Shown here: positions 1 through 9,237 of the stretch, piece after piece | Position numbering within the stretch: position 1 is the first letter of the stretch | Layout of the letters: each line of letters begins with the position of its first letter | NCBI GenBank assembly: GCA_041477755.1 | Contig: JBGOUW010000002.1 | Span: 1 to 32,679 of the forward strand | DNA: 32,679 bases | Direction of reading: 5' to 3' | Source of the DNA: Candidatus Binatia bacterium | GTDB lineage: Bacteria; Desulfobacterota; Binatia; HRBIN30; JACQVA1 | Translations under genes and position numbers: made by a program | The notes under the pieces: generated by a model | Databases searched by the model: none | The model's input: the letters and a program-made list of their open reading frames with translations, nothing else | Told to the model about the DNA's origin: nothing

Positions 1-280
1 CCGCAGAAATTAACAGCAGAAGTTGAAAAGAGAATGCACGATGAGCAACGGACGCAACGGTGGCATCAAGAAGATCGGCCGTGAAATCGGGCAGGAGGCG
101 TCGAGACAGCTCACCGCTGGGAGACCTCGCTAGTCCATGACTCGCGGCGCCCGCGGCTGTGAAGACCTGACTACGCTGGTCGTCGCGCAAGGGGATTCGG
201 GGACGAGTAGTCTTCGCCCGCAGTTGCAGAGGTCCGACCCCGCGGATGGCGGCACTCGGCCGCGGGGGAACCGCGCGCCT

Positions 281-880
281 TTACTCGGTGGCCTCTTCCA
301 GCTCGACATCGATGAGGACATCGACGTCGTTTCCGACCACCAAGCCGCCGCCGTCGACGAGCGTCTTGCTGTACTCCATGCCGAAGTCGTGGCGATTGAT
401 TCGGGTCTTCACGACGCCGCCCAGCTTGAGTACACCCATCTGGTCATGGAACGCCGTGGGCGTCCCTTCGACGTCGAGCACGGCCTCCTTCGTGACGCCG
501 CGGATCGTCAGGTCGCCGGTGATCTTGAACTTGCCGTCTCCGACCTTCTCGACCTTCTTCGACTTGAATGTGATCTTTGGATACTGGGTAACGTACAGGA
601 AGTCGGGTCCTTTGAGGTGCTCATCGCGCATCCCATCACGCGTCAGAACGCCGGCCGCGTCGATCGTCGCCACCACCGACGATTTGGTGATGTCCGTCTC
701 ATCGAGATTCACCGTGCCGGTCACGGCGCCGAGCGTACCGCGGACGGTGGACACCACGAGGTGATGCACCGCAAACTGCGCGCTCGTATGCTGCGGGTCG
801 ATCTCCCAGCGTGACGCACCGGCCAGGCCGGGAAGGCCCGCGGCAACGACAGCGACGGCGAACAACATCAGACGACGCAT
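281..880 (-). CDS. YceI-family periplasmic protein (199 aa)
   Basis: ORF 281..1054(-) trimmed to the internal ATG at 880, which is preceded by AAGGAG. The product starts MRRLMLFAVAVVAAGLPGLAGA (signal peptide), then WEIDPQHTSAQFAVHHLVVSTVRGTL...KITGDLTIRGVTKEA, which is typical YceI-domain sequence and length. Confidence 0.85.
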   Translation of the reverse strand: MRRLMLFAVAVVAAGLPGLAGASRWEIDPQHTSAQFAVHHLVVSTVRGTLGAVTGTVNLDETDITKSSVVATIDAAGVLTRDGMRDEHLKGPDFLYVTQYPKITFKSKKVEKVGDGKFKITGDLTIRGVTKEAVLDVEGTPTAFHDQMGVLKLGGVVKTRINRHDFGMEYSKTLVDGGGLVVGNDVDVLIDVELEEATE

Positions 881-1099
881 GACACGCTCCTTTGCGCGAA
901 AAGGTTCCAGACGCACCGGCGCTCGTCGCATGAAAGCGCATGTACCGCAAGGCGGCGCACGCCCCACGGGACGATGCTTTCGGATCCCACCCAGGCAAGA
1001 CGAAGGGCGATCTGACAGGCTCTCACTGCTTTCGATGTAGGCGATCACCAGCACCCGCCCGGCCCCGTCGCGATCGAGACAGACCTCGCTCCGACGCGG

Positions 1100-1945
1100 C
1101 TACGCCGCGCCGTGTGACTCGAACCACTTCGTCATTCGCCGCCAGCTGTCGGTCGCCGGCTCTTTGCGGTAGCTGTCGCGGTAGTCGGCGTTGAAGCCGT
1201 GCGGGGCGTCGGGGTAGACGATGATCTCGGAGGGTTGGTTGGCGGCCTTGAGTGCCTGGCGCATCTGCTCGATGGTCTCGCTAGGAATGCCGGCGTCCGC
1301 ACCACCGTAGAGGCCGAGCACCGGCGCGTGCAATGAACCGGCTACATCAAGCGGGTTCTTCGGATGCAGGCCGTCGGTCGGTCCGACCAGTCGCCCGTAC
1401 CAGGCCGCGCCCGCCTTGAGCTGCGGATTGTGCGCTGAATACAGCCACACGATTCGTCCGCCCCAGCAGAAGCCGGTGATGCCGAGCTCGTGCGTGTTAC
1501 CCTTGTCGAACTGCTTCGCCCACGCCACCGCCGCATCGAGATCTGCCATGACCTGCGCGTCGGGAACTTTGGCGACCACTGGGATGATATCCTGGATGCT
1601 GGAGAGCTTCGACACATCTCCCTGCCGGGCAAACAGCTCGGGCGCGATGGCCAGGTAGCCGAGCTTCGCGAGGCGCCGGCAGATATCCTTGATGTGTTCA
1701 TGCACACCGAAGATCTCGTGCACCACCAGCACGACGGGATGCGAGCGGCCGGATGTTCGAGATTTGGGCATCGCGTGGTACGCGGGAATCTGACCGTCGC
1801 GAACGGGGATCTTCACCTCACCGGCGATCAGGCCGTTGGTGTCCGTCGTCACCGTCTGCGCCGACACGGGCTGCACCGCCAGCGCGAAACCGGTGGCCAG
1901 TGTCGTTACGATGAATTCGCGTCGCGTGAAATCGGTCGTCGGCAT
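1100..1945 (-). CDS. Dienelactone hydrolase family protein with Tat-type signal
   Basis: 281-aa ORF. The N-terminus [18 protein letters not shown] is a twin-arginine signal. [35 protein letters not shown] and the nucleophile elbow GITGFCWGG (Cys) plus a C-terminal HGF match the DLH fold. Confidence 0.85.
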   Translation of the reverse strand: MPTTDFTRREFIVTTLATGFALAVQPVSAQTVTTDTNGLIAGEVKIPVRDGQIPAYHAMPKSRTSGRSHPVVLVVHEIFGVHEHIKDICRRLAKLGYLAIAPELFARQGDVSKLSSIQDIIPVVAKVPDAQVMADLDAAVAWAKQFDKGNTHELGITGFCWGGRIVWLYSAHNPQLKAGAAWYGRLVGPTDGLHPKNPLDVAGSLHAPVLGLYGGADAGIPSETIEQMRQALKAANQPSEIIVYPDAPHGFNADYRDSYRKEPATDSWRRMTKWFESHGAA

Positions 1946-2037
1946 CAGTCACAACAAGTCTGCTCTGCTGGTTCCGCGCGCGCAAGGACGATGCACACGG
2001 GCCGCGCGCCCTTTCAGGTTCACGTGCGCTTGCGAGT

Positions 2038-3723
2038 TCACTGCGGTGGAGGAGCCAACTCGACCGCGGCATCCATCCATGAAGCCAGTCGGCCGAACTC
2101 GCTGTCAGCGGTGCCGGAATCCGCCGCGGTCAGCACGTCGAGATGCGCGTAGCCGGGCTCGGTGAACGCCTCGAATCCAGCCGCGGTGGCGCTGCGTGCG
2201 CTGCCGTTTCGCAGCGTCGTCGAGATCGAGTCGCGGTACGGCCCGAAGTTCTTTGCATCGACTACGAGCCCGTCACCGCCGGCAACGGCAAACACCGGCA
2301 GGTCAACCCGCGCATTCTCCGTCACCGCTATGCCGTATACGTCGTTGCGCCAATCGCCGGATGGTTGGACGTTCAACGAGCCAGTGATCCCGACATCGAG
2401 CGTCAATCGCGCCGGGAAGTACCACTCGATGAAATTGCTGGGGCCGGCGAACAATGCTTCGGCAAACGTGTCGAGGTCGGTGGCCACGGGATGGTTCGGG
2501 GTCGACGGCTGCCAATCGTAGCGCGCGCTCTCGTCGGTCGGCGCCAGTAAACCGCTTGCATCGATCCCCAGGACACCGGCGAACAACCCGGCGCGTGGAT
2601 TGGGCCCCACCGGACCGATCGCTTCGCCCAACGAGACGCGCGTGAAAGCGAGCGGTTCATAGTGCTTGTCGAACCCGAGGGCGAGCGCCGCGCGGTCGGT
2701 CGCCGCCGGAACCTCGGGTAGGGCAAACAAGAGGGCGAAGAACGACTGGGTCAGGTCCGCGTCCGGGCTGAGAGCCGTCGGATGACCTACCCGCCGACTC
2801 GCTCGCATGGCGAGAATCTCTGAGGTGACGAACAGGTCGCGGGTCACGAACGGAATCGTCGACAGCGGATCACCGCTGCGCAAGCTCTTCAGACTCACCG
2901 GGCCGCCGAGCCTGCCGGAGACGCCGGTCGTTTCGTATTGCACTTGATCGGGAATCGTTCCCGGCGCAGCGGGCCGCGGCGTACCTTCGAACAAGAGGAG
3001 ACCCGACAATCTCTCAAAACCGGCGCGCCCATCGAAATTCCAGGCCGCATAGATGGGCACGATCGAGCCGCCGAGCGAGTGGCCTCCCAGGAAAATCGGC
3101 ACGTGCGGATAGCGTCGATCCGCCTCCGCGATCAGCGCATCGATGTCATTGACATGCGTCCTAATGCCCCACTCCGACATGAAGCTGATGTCAGTCGGGT
3201 TGGTGTCGGTGTCGAGAAACCCCTCGAAGGTCTTTCCCGAAATGGCCTTCTGATGGAAGTAGTAGTCTTTCGCGATGCTGGCATCGCGCCCGGCTTCGGC
3301 GGCGTTGAGGCCCGTCTGGTCTTCCAGCGCATTCGAGCGTCGGTCAACCGCCCAGACGGCGGTGTGACCGTTCGTGCGCGCGACCACACGTTGCGCCAGG
3401 TACCGGAAGTCGCCCGCACCACCTTGAAATCCAGGCACGAGAATGAGGACGCGCTGTACTTGCTGGTCGCTCACGCCCGTCAATTGGTAGACTTCAGCGT
3501 AGGAGCGATTGAGATCCGGCGGCGTCGCTGTACCGGTGGTGGGATTGGCCGGGGGGATATCGCTGGGCAAAGAGATCGCTCCTTCTGTGATTGTGGCTGA
3601 CGGCGCCGAGTCGGTCTCGCCGCCGCAACCCGCCGCCAGCACAGCAGCGAGGCCACACGTCACGCTAAGACGCGCACCGCGCCTCGTCACGCCAAACGTC
3701 CGATTCCGGTCGCGGTCACACAT
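2038..3723 (-). CDS. Secreted alpha/beta-hydrolase lipoprotein (lipase/esterase-like, 561 aa)
   Basis: ORF 2038..3852(-) trimmed to the ATG at 3723, which is preceded by GGAGG. The signal with lipobox is LAAVLAAGC. A serine-hydrolase nucleophile elbow GGHSLGGS is present, and LILVPGFQGGAGDF resembles an oxyanion region. Confidence 0.7.
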   Translation of the reverse strand: MCDRDRNRTFGVTRRGARLSVTCGLAAVLAAGCGGETDSAPSATITEGAISLPSDIPPANPTTGTATPPDLNRSYAEVYQLTGVSDQQVQRVLILVPGFQGGAGDFRYLAQRVVARTNGHTAVWAVDRRSNALEDQTGLNAAEAGRDASIAKDYYFHQKAISGKTFEGFLDTDTNPTDISFMSEWGIRTHVNDIDALIAEADRRYPHVPIFLGGHSLGGSIVPIYAAWNFDGRAGFERLSGLLLFEGTPRPAAPGTIPDQVQYETTGVSGRLGGPVSLKSLRSGDPLSTIPFVTRDLFVTSEILAMRASRRVGHPTALSPDADLTQSFFALLFALPEVPAATDRAALALGFDKHYEPLAFTRVSLGEAIGPVGPNPRAGLFAGVLGIDASGLLAPTDESARYDWQPSTPNHPVATDLDTFAEALFAGPSNFIEWYFPARLTLDVGITGSLNVQPSGDWRNDVYGIAVTENARVDLPVFAVAGGDGLVVDAKNFGPYRDSISTTLRNGSARSATAAGFEAFTEPGYAHLDVLTAADSGTADSEFGRLASWMDAAVELAPPPQ

Positions 3724-3972
3724 TTTTTCCTCCGATTGACCCCAGCCTGTCTCATGTAGAAACAATCGAAACCCGGACCCGCCGGCGCGCGTGAGACCGT
3801 CCACAGCGAGCCATCGGACAACCCCGCAGTGGCGTCGATGATGCCGAAGCAATGATCGTGCGTGAGCCCGGGCCGGCAGACCCGTATTGAGCGAGAATGA
3901 TCACCTTCAATTGGGTTTCCCCTCTGAAAACGCGGGGCGATCTCAGGCCATGAACGGTGATCGGTTACGGCC

Positions 3973-5838
3973 TCAGCCCTCCCACGGATACGTATCGAAC
4001 GGGTACTCCTTACATCCGTTCTTCCCGGCGGTAAGATAGTCCTTCCTGGTAAACGCGCGCGATCGGTTCGCCAGATCGTGGAAGATCATGCATTTGTCGC
4101 GCTGCGTTGGCAGGCGCGGATCAGTGTCCACAGCGGCGAGCACACCCGCTGCCGTTTGAGTGCCGGACGATGTCATCCGTACGCCGCCGTCGGCAGGTGT
4201 GTCCAAGATGATGAACTTCGGACTCGTGGGCGCGCTGTTATCCAACGCCGACCATTCCGGTTGCCGACCGTCGCGACCGCGGCCGGGTGCGCCGCGATAG
4301 GCGAACTCGGCCCAGTACGACATCATCTGTTTGTTGAGCGCCAAGCGGCCGGCTTCATTCTCCTTGGTAAAGAGGACGTTCGCCTGGCGTCCGAGATCGA
4401 AGTGGCCGAAGACGAACGGGATCTCCAATCCATGCGCAGCCCCGAGCATGATGGATAGATCCGCGCCCATCATATGCGGCTCCTCATCCCAATCGAAACG
4501 GTAGACGAACACGTTGTCCTGAGTCGTCCGCATCGCTGCCGCCGGCTCGTCGGCGCCGGCCGCCTTCCATACCTTGGCCATGTACTCGGCACTGAGGTTG
4601 TAGCGCGGCTCGTCGCGCAGGCGCGGGATAAGCCACAAAATGCGTTGCACCCGCTTCGGGTCGCCGAATAGAAACAGCTTGTTCTCGTCGCGATTGGTTC
4701 CGACGATCACAGGGACACGGTTGTAGCCATCGGCGCGCGCAAGGTGTTGCATCGGATCGTCTTGTGGCAGCAGCACGCCGTCGCGAAAGACCTTCGGCAT
4801 GTCAATCATGGCCATTGTGGGCATCGGCATGTAGGCCAAGAGAATCTCGAAGTTCGTCTTCCCGCGCAGGTAACGCTCGACATCTGTGGTGCTCATCGCG
4901 GCGAGTTGGGTCTTGGCTGCGGCGCGGTCGTCGGCGCGCTGGTCTTTGATGAGCAGCTGCAAAAGCACTTCATTCGAGCTGTTCGTGCGACCCGGTTCGA
5001 CATCGTCGGTGAAGTGCTCGGCCTCGGCGATGGTAGTCGTCATCAGGCCACCGCTTTCGGAGATCGCGCGGTGAAACAAGCCGTGCGCCTGCGGGGCCAA
5101 CAACAGCATGTACACGTTGTTGGCCCCTGCCGACTCGCCGAAGATGGTGACGTTGCCGGGATCGCCGCCGAAAGCTCCCACGTTGTCGCGCACCCATTCG
5201 AGCGAACGGATGACATCGAGGATGGCGAAATTACCCGATCGGTCGAGTTCATTCGTGTTGTCACCTTGCAGCGCGGGATGGCGGAACCACCCGAAGGGGC
5301 CGACGCGATAGTTGATCGTCACCACCACGACCTTGTGCGTCGCCGCCAGGTTGCCGCCGTTGTATAACGCCCCTGTACCAACCGTGTTACCGCCGCCGTG
5401 TATCCACACCATCACCGGCAACCGTGCGTTGCCCGTCGGCACCTCGGACTCGGCAACCCGCGGCGCATAGACATTGAGGTAGAGACAATCCTCGCCGCCG
5501 ACAGCTTGCCCCGCCTTGGCGGTATCTAGGCCGCCGATCGGGCTCGGGAACTGCGTGCACGGTGAGCCAAAACCGAGTGCCTCACGTGTGCCGGTCCAAG
5601 GCTCCGAGGGCTGCGGCGCCCGCCATCGCAGCGCACCGATCGGCGGCTTGGCGAACGGAATGCCGAGCCATGCGTGACTGCCGTATTCACCGACGAAGCC
5701 GACGACTGTGCCAGATGCCGTGACTCGGCGCGATGCCGGATCGAGCACGCGTTGCTCGTGCACTTGGTGGCTGCATTGGCTTGCACCGACAGCCGCAAGG
5801 ATCAGCAACGGAGACAATCGCCTCGCGATATGTGACAT
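3973..5838 (-). CDS. Type-B carboxylesterase/lipase family protein (secreted)
   Basis: 621-aa ORF with an N-terminal hydrophobic signal (LSPLLILAAVGA). It carries EDCLYLNVY, VWIHGGG and the family nucleophile motif FGESAGA. Confidence 0.85.
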   Translation of the reverse strand: MSHIARRLSPLLILAAVGASQCSHQVHEQRVLDPASRRVTASGTVVGFVGEYGSHAWLGIPFAKPPIGALRWRAPQPSEPWTGTREALGFGSPCTQFPSPIGGLDTAKAGQAVGGEDCLYLNVYAPRVAESEVPTGNARLPVMVWIHGGGNTVGTGALYNGGNLAATHKVVVVTINYRVGPFGWFRHPALQGDNTNELDRSGNFAILDVIRSLEWVRDNVGAFGGDPGNVTIFGESAGANNVYMLLLAPQAHGLFHRAISESGGLMTTTIAEAEHFTDDVEPGRTNSSNEVLLQLLIKDQRADDRAAAKTQLAAMSTTDVERYLRGKTNFEILLAYMPMPTMAMIDMPKVFRDGVLLPQDDPMQHLARADGYNRVPVIVGTNRDENKLFLFGDPKRVQRILWLIPRLRDEPRYNLSAEYMAKVWKAAGADEPAAAMRTTQDNVFVYRFDWDEEPHMMGADLSIMLGAAHGLEIPFVFGHFDLGRQANVLFTKENEAGRLALNKQMMSYWAEFAYRGAPGRGRDGRQPEWSALDNSAPTSPKFIILDTPADGGVRMTSSGTQTAAGVLAAVDTDPRLPTQRDKCMIFHDLANRSRAFTRKDYLTAGKNGCKEYPFDTYPWEG

Positions 5839-6066
5839 GGCGCCTCAAATCCGGTAGTGACGATCTGCCCAGCATACTTGTATCGAATCCTTCGAGTACG
5901 CGCTGGCGCTCCAACTCGAACCCCGTTTATCACCCACCGAAAAGGAATGCCTTACCCTTTGCGCCAGATTCCATTCACAACGCGACAATATCGAATGACC
6001 ACAGCCAAGCATTGCCTGCTTGCGTCGGTTCACGCCGCCGCGCAAGATCTGCTACGGAGACGGTGA

Positions 6067-7113
6067 ATGGATTCCATGGCACGTGTACCCCTGTCGGCGC
6101 CCTCTGTGCTCGGCTCGTTGGCGCTGATGCTGATGCAGGCCCTGGATGCACGAGGGTTCGACGGGCGAGCGCTGGCGGTCCGCGCCGGCATCGATCCAGC
6201 GATGCTTGAGGATCCGAACCATCGCTACCCGATCGCCGCCACCACGCGCCTGTGGGGCCTCGCGGTCGAAGCGACCGGGGATCCGTGTTTCGGCCTGTGG
6301 GCGTCGCGCTTCATTAACCCGACCACGTTTCACGCGCTCGGCTTTGCGGTGTTTGCCAGTCGAACGCTGCGCGACGCGTTCGAGCGGTTCGCGCGCCATA
6401 GCCGACTCGTCAGCGACGTGGCCGAGATCCAGCTCCGGCGCGTCGGAGAGCTGGAACAGGTTCGCTTCGTCCTGCTCAAAGGACAACCGCGACCTGCCGA
6501 CGAAGCCATCGATGCCACCCTGTGCCTCCTCGTGAGCACGGTTCGGATGCTGTCCGGCGGAAAGCTGAACCCTGTCGCCGTGCGGCTCGAGCGGCCGGAG
6601 CCGTCTCCTTCGGAACCGTTCCGGAAACTATTCCGCGCTCCGGTGCTATTCGGGCAACCCGAGAGTGTGCTGGAGTTCGCCGCCTCCGACCTGGACGAAA
6701 GGCTGCCCGCTGGCAACGCTGAGCTGGCGCGGCAAAACGATGAGCTGGTCGCCCGCTATCTGGCGCGTATCGAACGTGAGCATGTGTCCAGCCGACTGCG
6801 GAGCTGGCTCGTCGAGCAACTGGCGGGCGGCGAACCGACCGAGGAGGCGGCGGCGCGGGTGTTGGGGATGAGCTTGCGCAACTTGCAGCGTCGATTGCAA
6901 GAGGAAGGCACGACCTATCGCAAGGCCCTGAACAGCACACGAGAGGAAATCGCCCGCACCTACCTCGAAGGGCGCCGCACCTCGGTTACCGAGATTGCCT
7001 TTCTCCTGGGATTCTCGGATTCGAACAGCTTTTCGCGAGCTTTCAGGCGCTGGACCGGTCAGTCACCGCGCGCGTATTGCCAGCGTCGGGCCAGCGTACC
7101 GATGATGACGTAG
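6067..7113 (+). CDS. AraC-family transcriptional regulator (OruR-like, N-terminal AraC-type ligand-binding-like domain)
   Basis: 348-aa ORF with GGAGACGG upstream of the ATG. The C-terminal double HTH is ARVLGMSLRNLQRRLQEEGTTYRKAL...IAFLLGFSDSNSFSRAFRRWTGQSPRAY. It is divergent from the carboxylesterase gene. Confidence 0.85.
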   Translation: MDSMARVPLSAPSVLGSLALMLMQALDARGFDGRALAVRAGIDPAMLEDPNHRYPIAATTRLWGLAVEATGDPCFGLWASRFINPTTFHALGFAVFASRTLRDAFERFARHSRLVSDVAEIQLRRVGELEQVRFVLLKGQPRPADEAIDATLCLLVSTVRMLSGGKLNPVAVRLERPEPSPSEPFRKLFRAPVLFGQPESVLEFAASDLDERLPAGNAELARQNDELVARYLARIEREHVSSRLRSWLVEQLAGGEPTEEAAARVLGMSLRNLQRRLQEEGTTYRKALNSTREEIARTYLEGRRTSVTEIAFLLGFSDSNSFSRAFRRWTGQSPRAYCQRRASVPMMT

Positions 7114-7251
7114 TCGTGCCTGGTCGGCCGGAGCACGACAAGAGCCGATCTTGCGGAAGATTTCTTTCTACCGATGCGGAGTCACTGCTCCAACAAAAAA
7201 ATGAGGGGGCTGGACTCGCGGACCAAGCGCGACGCGCGCCAGCGGGAAGTC

Positions 7252-7280
7252 AAAACCGGCGACCTTATCCACAGGGTCGC
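7252..7280 (-). terminator. Weak candidate terminator downstream of the tRNA pair
   Basis: The minus strand reads GCGACC-ctgtggataa-GGTCGC followed by CGGTTTT. The stem is short (6 bp), the loop is 10 nt and the U-tract is modest. Confidence 0.3.
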
Positions 7281-7314
7281 TGGTTCGCGTCAAAAAACGG
7301 CTTCGGAATCAAAG

Positions 7315-7386
7315 TGGTCCCAACGGGAATCGAACCCGTGTTCCCGACGTGAGAGGCCGGTGTCCTAACCGCTAGACGATGGGACC
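7315..7386 (-). tRNA. tRNA-Glu (anticodon CUC)
   Basis: The reverse complement folds by hand into a cloverleaf: GGTCCCA TC GTCT AGCGGTT AGGAC A CCGGC CTCTCAC GTCGG GAAC ACGGG TTCGATT CCCGT TGGGACC A. The D-arm is very like E. coli tRNA-Glu. No CCA is encoded. Confidence 0.9.
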
Positions 7387-7404
7387 GTCGCTAATACGGA
7401 ACTG

Positions 7405-7461
7405 GGAATGCGGAATTCGGAATGCGCAATCCGCCGAGCCGCCATTCCGAATTCCGCATTC
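7405..7461. repeat. Perfect 19-bp inverted repeat built from GAATGCG/GAATTCG heptamers, in the spacer between the two tRNA genes
   Basis: 7406-7424 is gaatgcggaattcggaatg and 7443-7461 is cattccgaattccgcattc, an exact reverse complement. The loop is 18 nt. Each arm is three 7-nt units and contains GAATTC. Confidence 0.9.
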
Positions 7462-7473
7462 TGCACTCGTGAA

Positions 7474-7546
7474 CTGAGGAGGTAGGACTCGAACCTACAA
7501 TCGCCTGATCCAGAGTCAGGTGGCTTACCAATTAGCCGACTCCTCA
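7474..7546 (-). tRNA. tRNA-Gln (anticodon CUG)
   Basis: The reverse complement folds as TGAGGAG TC GGCT AATTGGTA AGCC A CCTGA CTCTGGA TCAGG CGATT GTAGG TTCGAGT CCTAC CTCCTCA G. The U1:A72 pair and G73 are typical of bacterial tRNA-Gln. No CCA is encoded. Confidence 0.9.
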
Positions 7547-7611
7547 CCGCAAAACGCCCGCGAGACTAAGCGCTGGCTTCCCGCTTGTCAACATACTCAG
7601 CCCACGCATAC

Positions 7612-9039
7612 TCAGCCCACGGATGCGCCCGCGAGAGTGCTCGTACCGATTTGTGCCAGCCCGTGCTGCAGGCGCGTCAACGTGCGCTCTTTGCCGAGTG
7701 CCTCGATCACCTCGAAGATCCCGGGACTGACGGTGCCGCCGGTCAATGCTACTCGCACCGGCTGCGCCAGCTTGCCGAGCGCGAGCCCGTGCCGCTCCAT
7801 CACGGTGTTGAATGCGGCTTGCAGCGCCGGCGGATTCCACGACGCCAGCGCCTTCAGCTCGGCGATCAATTGCTGCAACGGGCTCGCGATCTCGGCACGC
7901 AAATGCTTCGCGACCGCCTTGGCGTCGTACTCGATGTCGTCCGAAAGATAGAAGCGCGCACAGTCGGTCAGCTCGACGAGGGTCTTCGCGCGCTCCTGCA
8001 GCGTGGCGAGCGCACGCTGCAGAGGGGCAGCGTCGTCGAGGTACTTCGTCCACCCGCGCGCGGCGATGAACGGCTTGGCGGCCTCGGCAAGCTGCGCAAT
8101 CGGCAACGCCTTCAGGTGCTGGAAGTTCACCCATTCCAGTTTCTCGGGGTTGTAGACGCCCGCCGACTTCCCCACGCTCTCGAGCGAGAAGTACTCGATC
8201 AATTGCTCGCGCGTGAAGATTTCCTGATCGCCGTACGACCACCCGAGCCGGGCCAGGTAGTTCGTCACCGCGTCCGGGAGATACCCGGCCTCGCGATAGG
8301 CGGTGACCGAGGTGGCGCCGTGGCGCTTGCTGAGGCGCGCGCGGTCGAGCCCGAGAATGAGCGGGATGTGCGCGAAGGCCGGTAGCGGGAAGCCAAACGC
8401 GTGATAGAGCTGGATCTGCTTGGGCGTGCTCGCCAGCAGATCTTCGCCGCGAATGATGTGGCTGATGTTCATCGCGGCGTCGTCGATGACCACGCAGCAG
8501 TTGTAGGTCGGAACGCCGTCGGAGCGCACGAGAATGAGATCGTCGAGTTCGCGATTGTGGAACAGGACGGGGCCTTTCACCAGATCCGCGACCGCGGTCT
8601 CGCCGTCGAGCGCGGCCTTGAAACGAATCGTGAACGGTCCGCTGCCGGAGGCGGTGGCGTCGCGGCAGGTGCGGTCGTACATCGCCTTGCGCCCCTCCGC
8701 CATCGCGACCTTGCGCTTGGAGTCGAGTAGTTCGGCACTGCAATAGCAGCGGTAGGCATGGCCGGAACTCAGCAAGCGCTCGGCGTGCGTACGATAAATG
8801 TCCCAGCGATCGCTCTGAAAGAACGGCCCCTCGTCCCACTCGAGCCCGAGCCACCGCATCGCCTCGATGATCGCGTTGATCGATTCGGGGGTCGAGCGCT
8901 CGCGATCGGTGTCCTCGATCCGGAGGACGAACGTGCCGCCGTGGTGCCGGGCATAGAGGTAGGAAAACAGTGCCGTCCGCGCGCTCCCAATGTGAAGATA
9001 ACCGGTCGGACTGGGGGCGAAACGCGTGCGCACGACCAT
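7612..9039 (-). CDS. gltX: Glutamyl-tRNA synthetase (475 aa)
   Basis: ORF 7612..9156(-) trimmed to the ATG at 9039, giving MVVRTRFAPSPTGYLHIGSARTALF (HIGH motif) and LRIEDTDRERS. RLSKRHG is the KMSKS equivalent. The upstream extension has no homology-like sequence. Confidence 0.9.
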   Translation of the reverse strand: MVVRTRFAPSPTGYLHIGSARTALFSYLYARHHGGTFVLRIEDTDRERSTPESINAIIEAMRWLGLEWDEGPFFQSDRWDIYRTHAERLLSSGHAYRCYCSAELLDSKRKVAMAEGRKAMYDRTCRDATASGSGPFTIRFKAALDGETAVADLVKGPVLFHNRELDDLILVRSDGVPTYNCCVVIDDAAMNISHIIRGEDLLASTPKQIQLYHAFGFPLPAFAHIPLILGLDRARLSKRHGATSVTAYREAGYLPDAVTNYLARLGWSYGDQEIFTREQLIEYFSLESVGKSAGVYNPEKLEWVNFQHLKALPIAQLAEAAKPFIAARGWTKYLDDAAPLQRALATLQERAKTLVELTDCARFYLSDDIEYDAKAVAKHLRAEIASPLQQLIAELKALASWNPPALQAAFNTVMERHGLALGKLAQPVRVALTGGTVSPGIFEVIEALGKERTLTRLQHGLAQIGTSTLAGASVG

Positions 9040-9144
9040 GGGCTGCGAGTAACAAGGGGCTTTCAGCAAGTCAACGCACTGAATTGGTCGAATGGATTGC
9101 CCGCCGGTGCGATGCACGCGCGCGTGCGAGCAGCACTTTTTGCC

Positions 9145-9171
9145 TTGCCAAGACACTCGTGTTTTTAGTAT
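9145..9171 (+). promoter_or_regulatory. Candidate sigma70-type promoter for the DUF1302-like gene
   Basis: TTGCCA (9145-9150), a 15-nt spacer and TAGTAT (9166-9171) lie in a locally AT-rich patch about 65 nt upstream of the ATG. The spacer is short, so this is tentative. Confidence 0.25.
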
Positions 9172-9237
9172 GACCGCGACACGGCACAGCGGTTGGGGGT
9201 GCTCGCTCGGCCGCGGTGACTGAGAAGGAGGGGTGCA

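Noticed and set aside
1-133. Possible 3' end of a plus-strand gene (frame 1 open from position 1 to TGA 82-84) or a 30-aa ORF (41-133) in the AT-richer left edge
   Set aside because: The sequence is too short to evaluate. There is no motif or convincing RBS, and nothing distinguishes coding from non-coding here.
5881-5996. Direct repeat TATCGAAT (5881-5888 and 5989-5996) in the carboxylesterase/AraC divergent control region, as possible AraC operator half-sites
   Set aside because: An 8-mer recurring once in about 230 nt is close to chance expectation. The 108-nt spacing is also not the usual AraC half-site geometry.
6067-7386. tRNA-Glu as the attachment site of a genomic island containing the hydrolase/AraC cluster
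   Set aside because: There is no integrase or recombinase in the window. I could not find a direct repeat of the tRNA 3' end, and the composition of the cluster looks like the rest of the window.
7544-9055. 503-aa minus-strand ORF and plus-strand ORFs overlapping gltX and the tRNA-Gln gene
   Set aside because: These are an alternative frame of gltX and ORFs antisense to it. The 503-aa ORF runs through the tRNA gene and is extremely Arg-rich.
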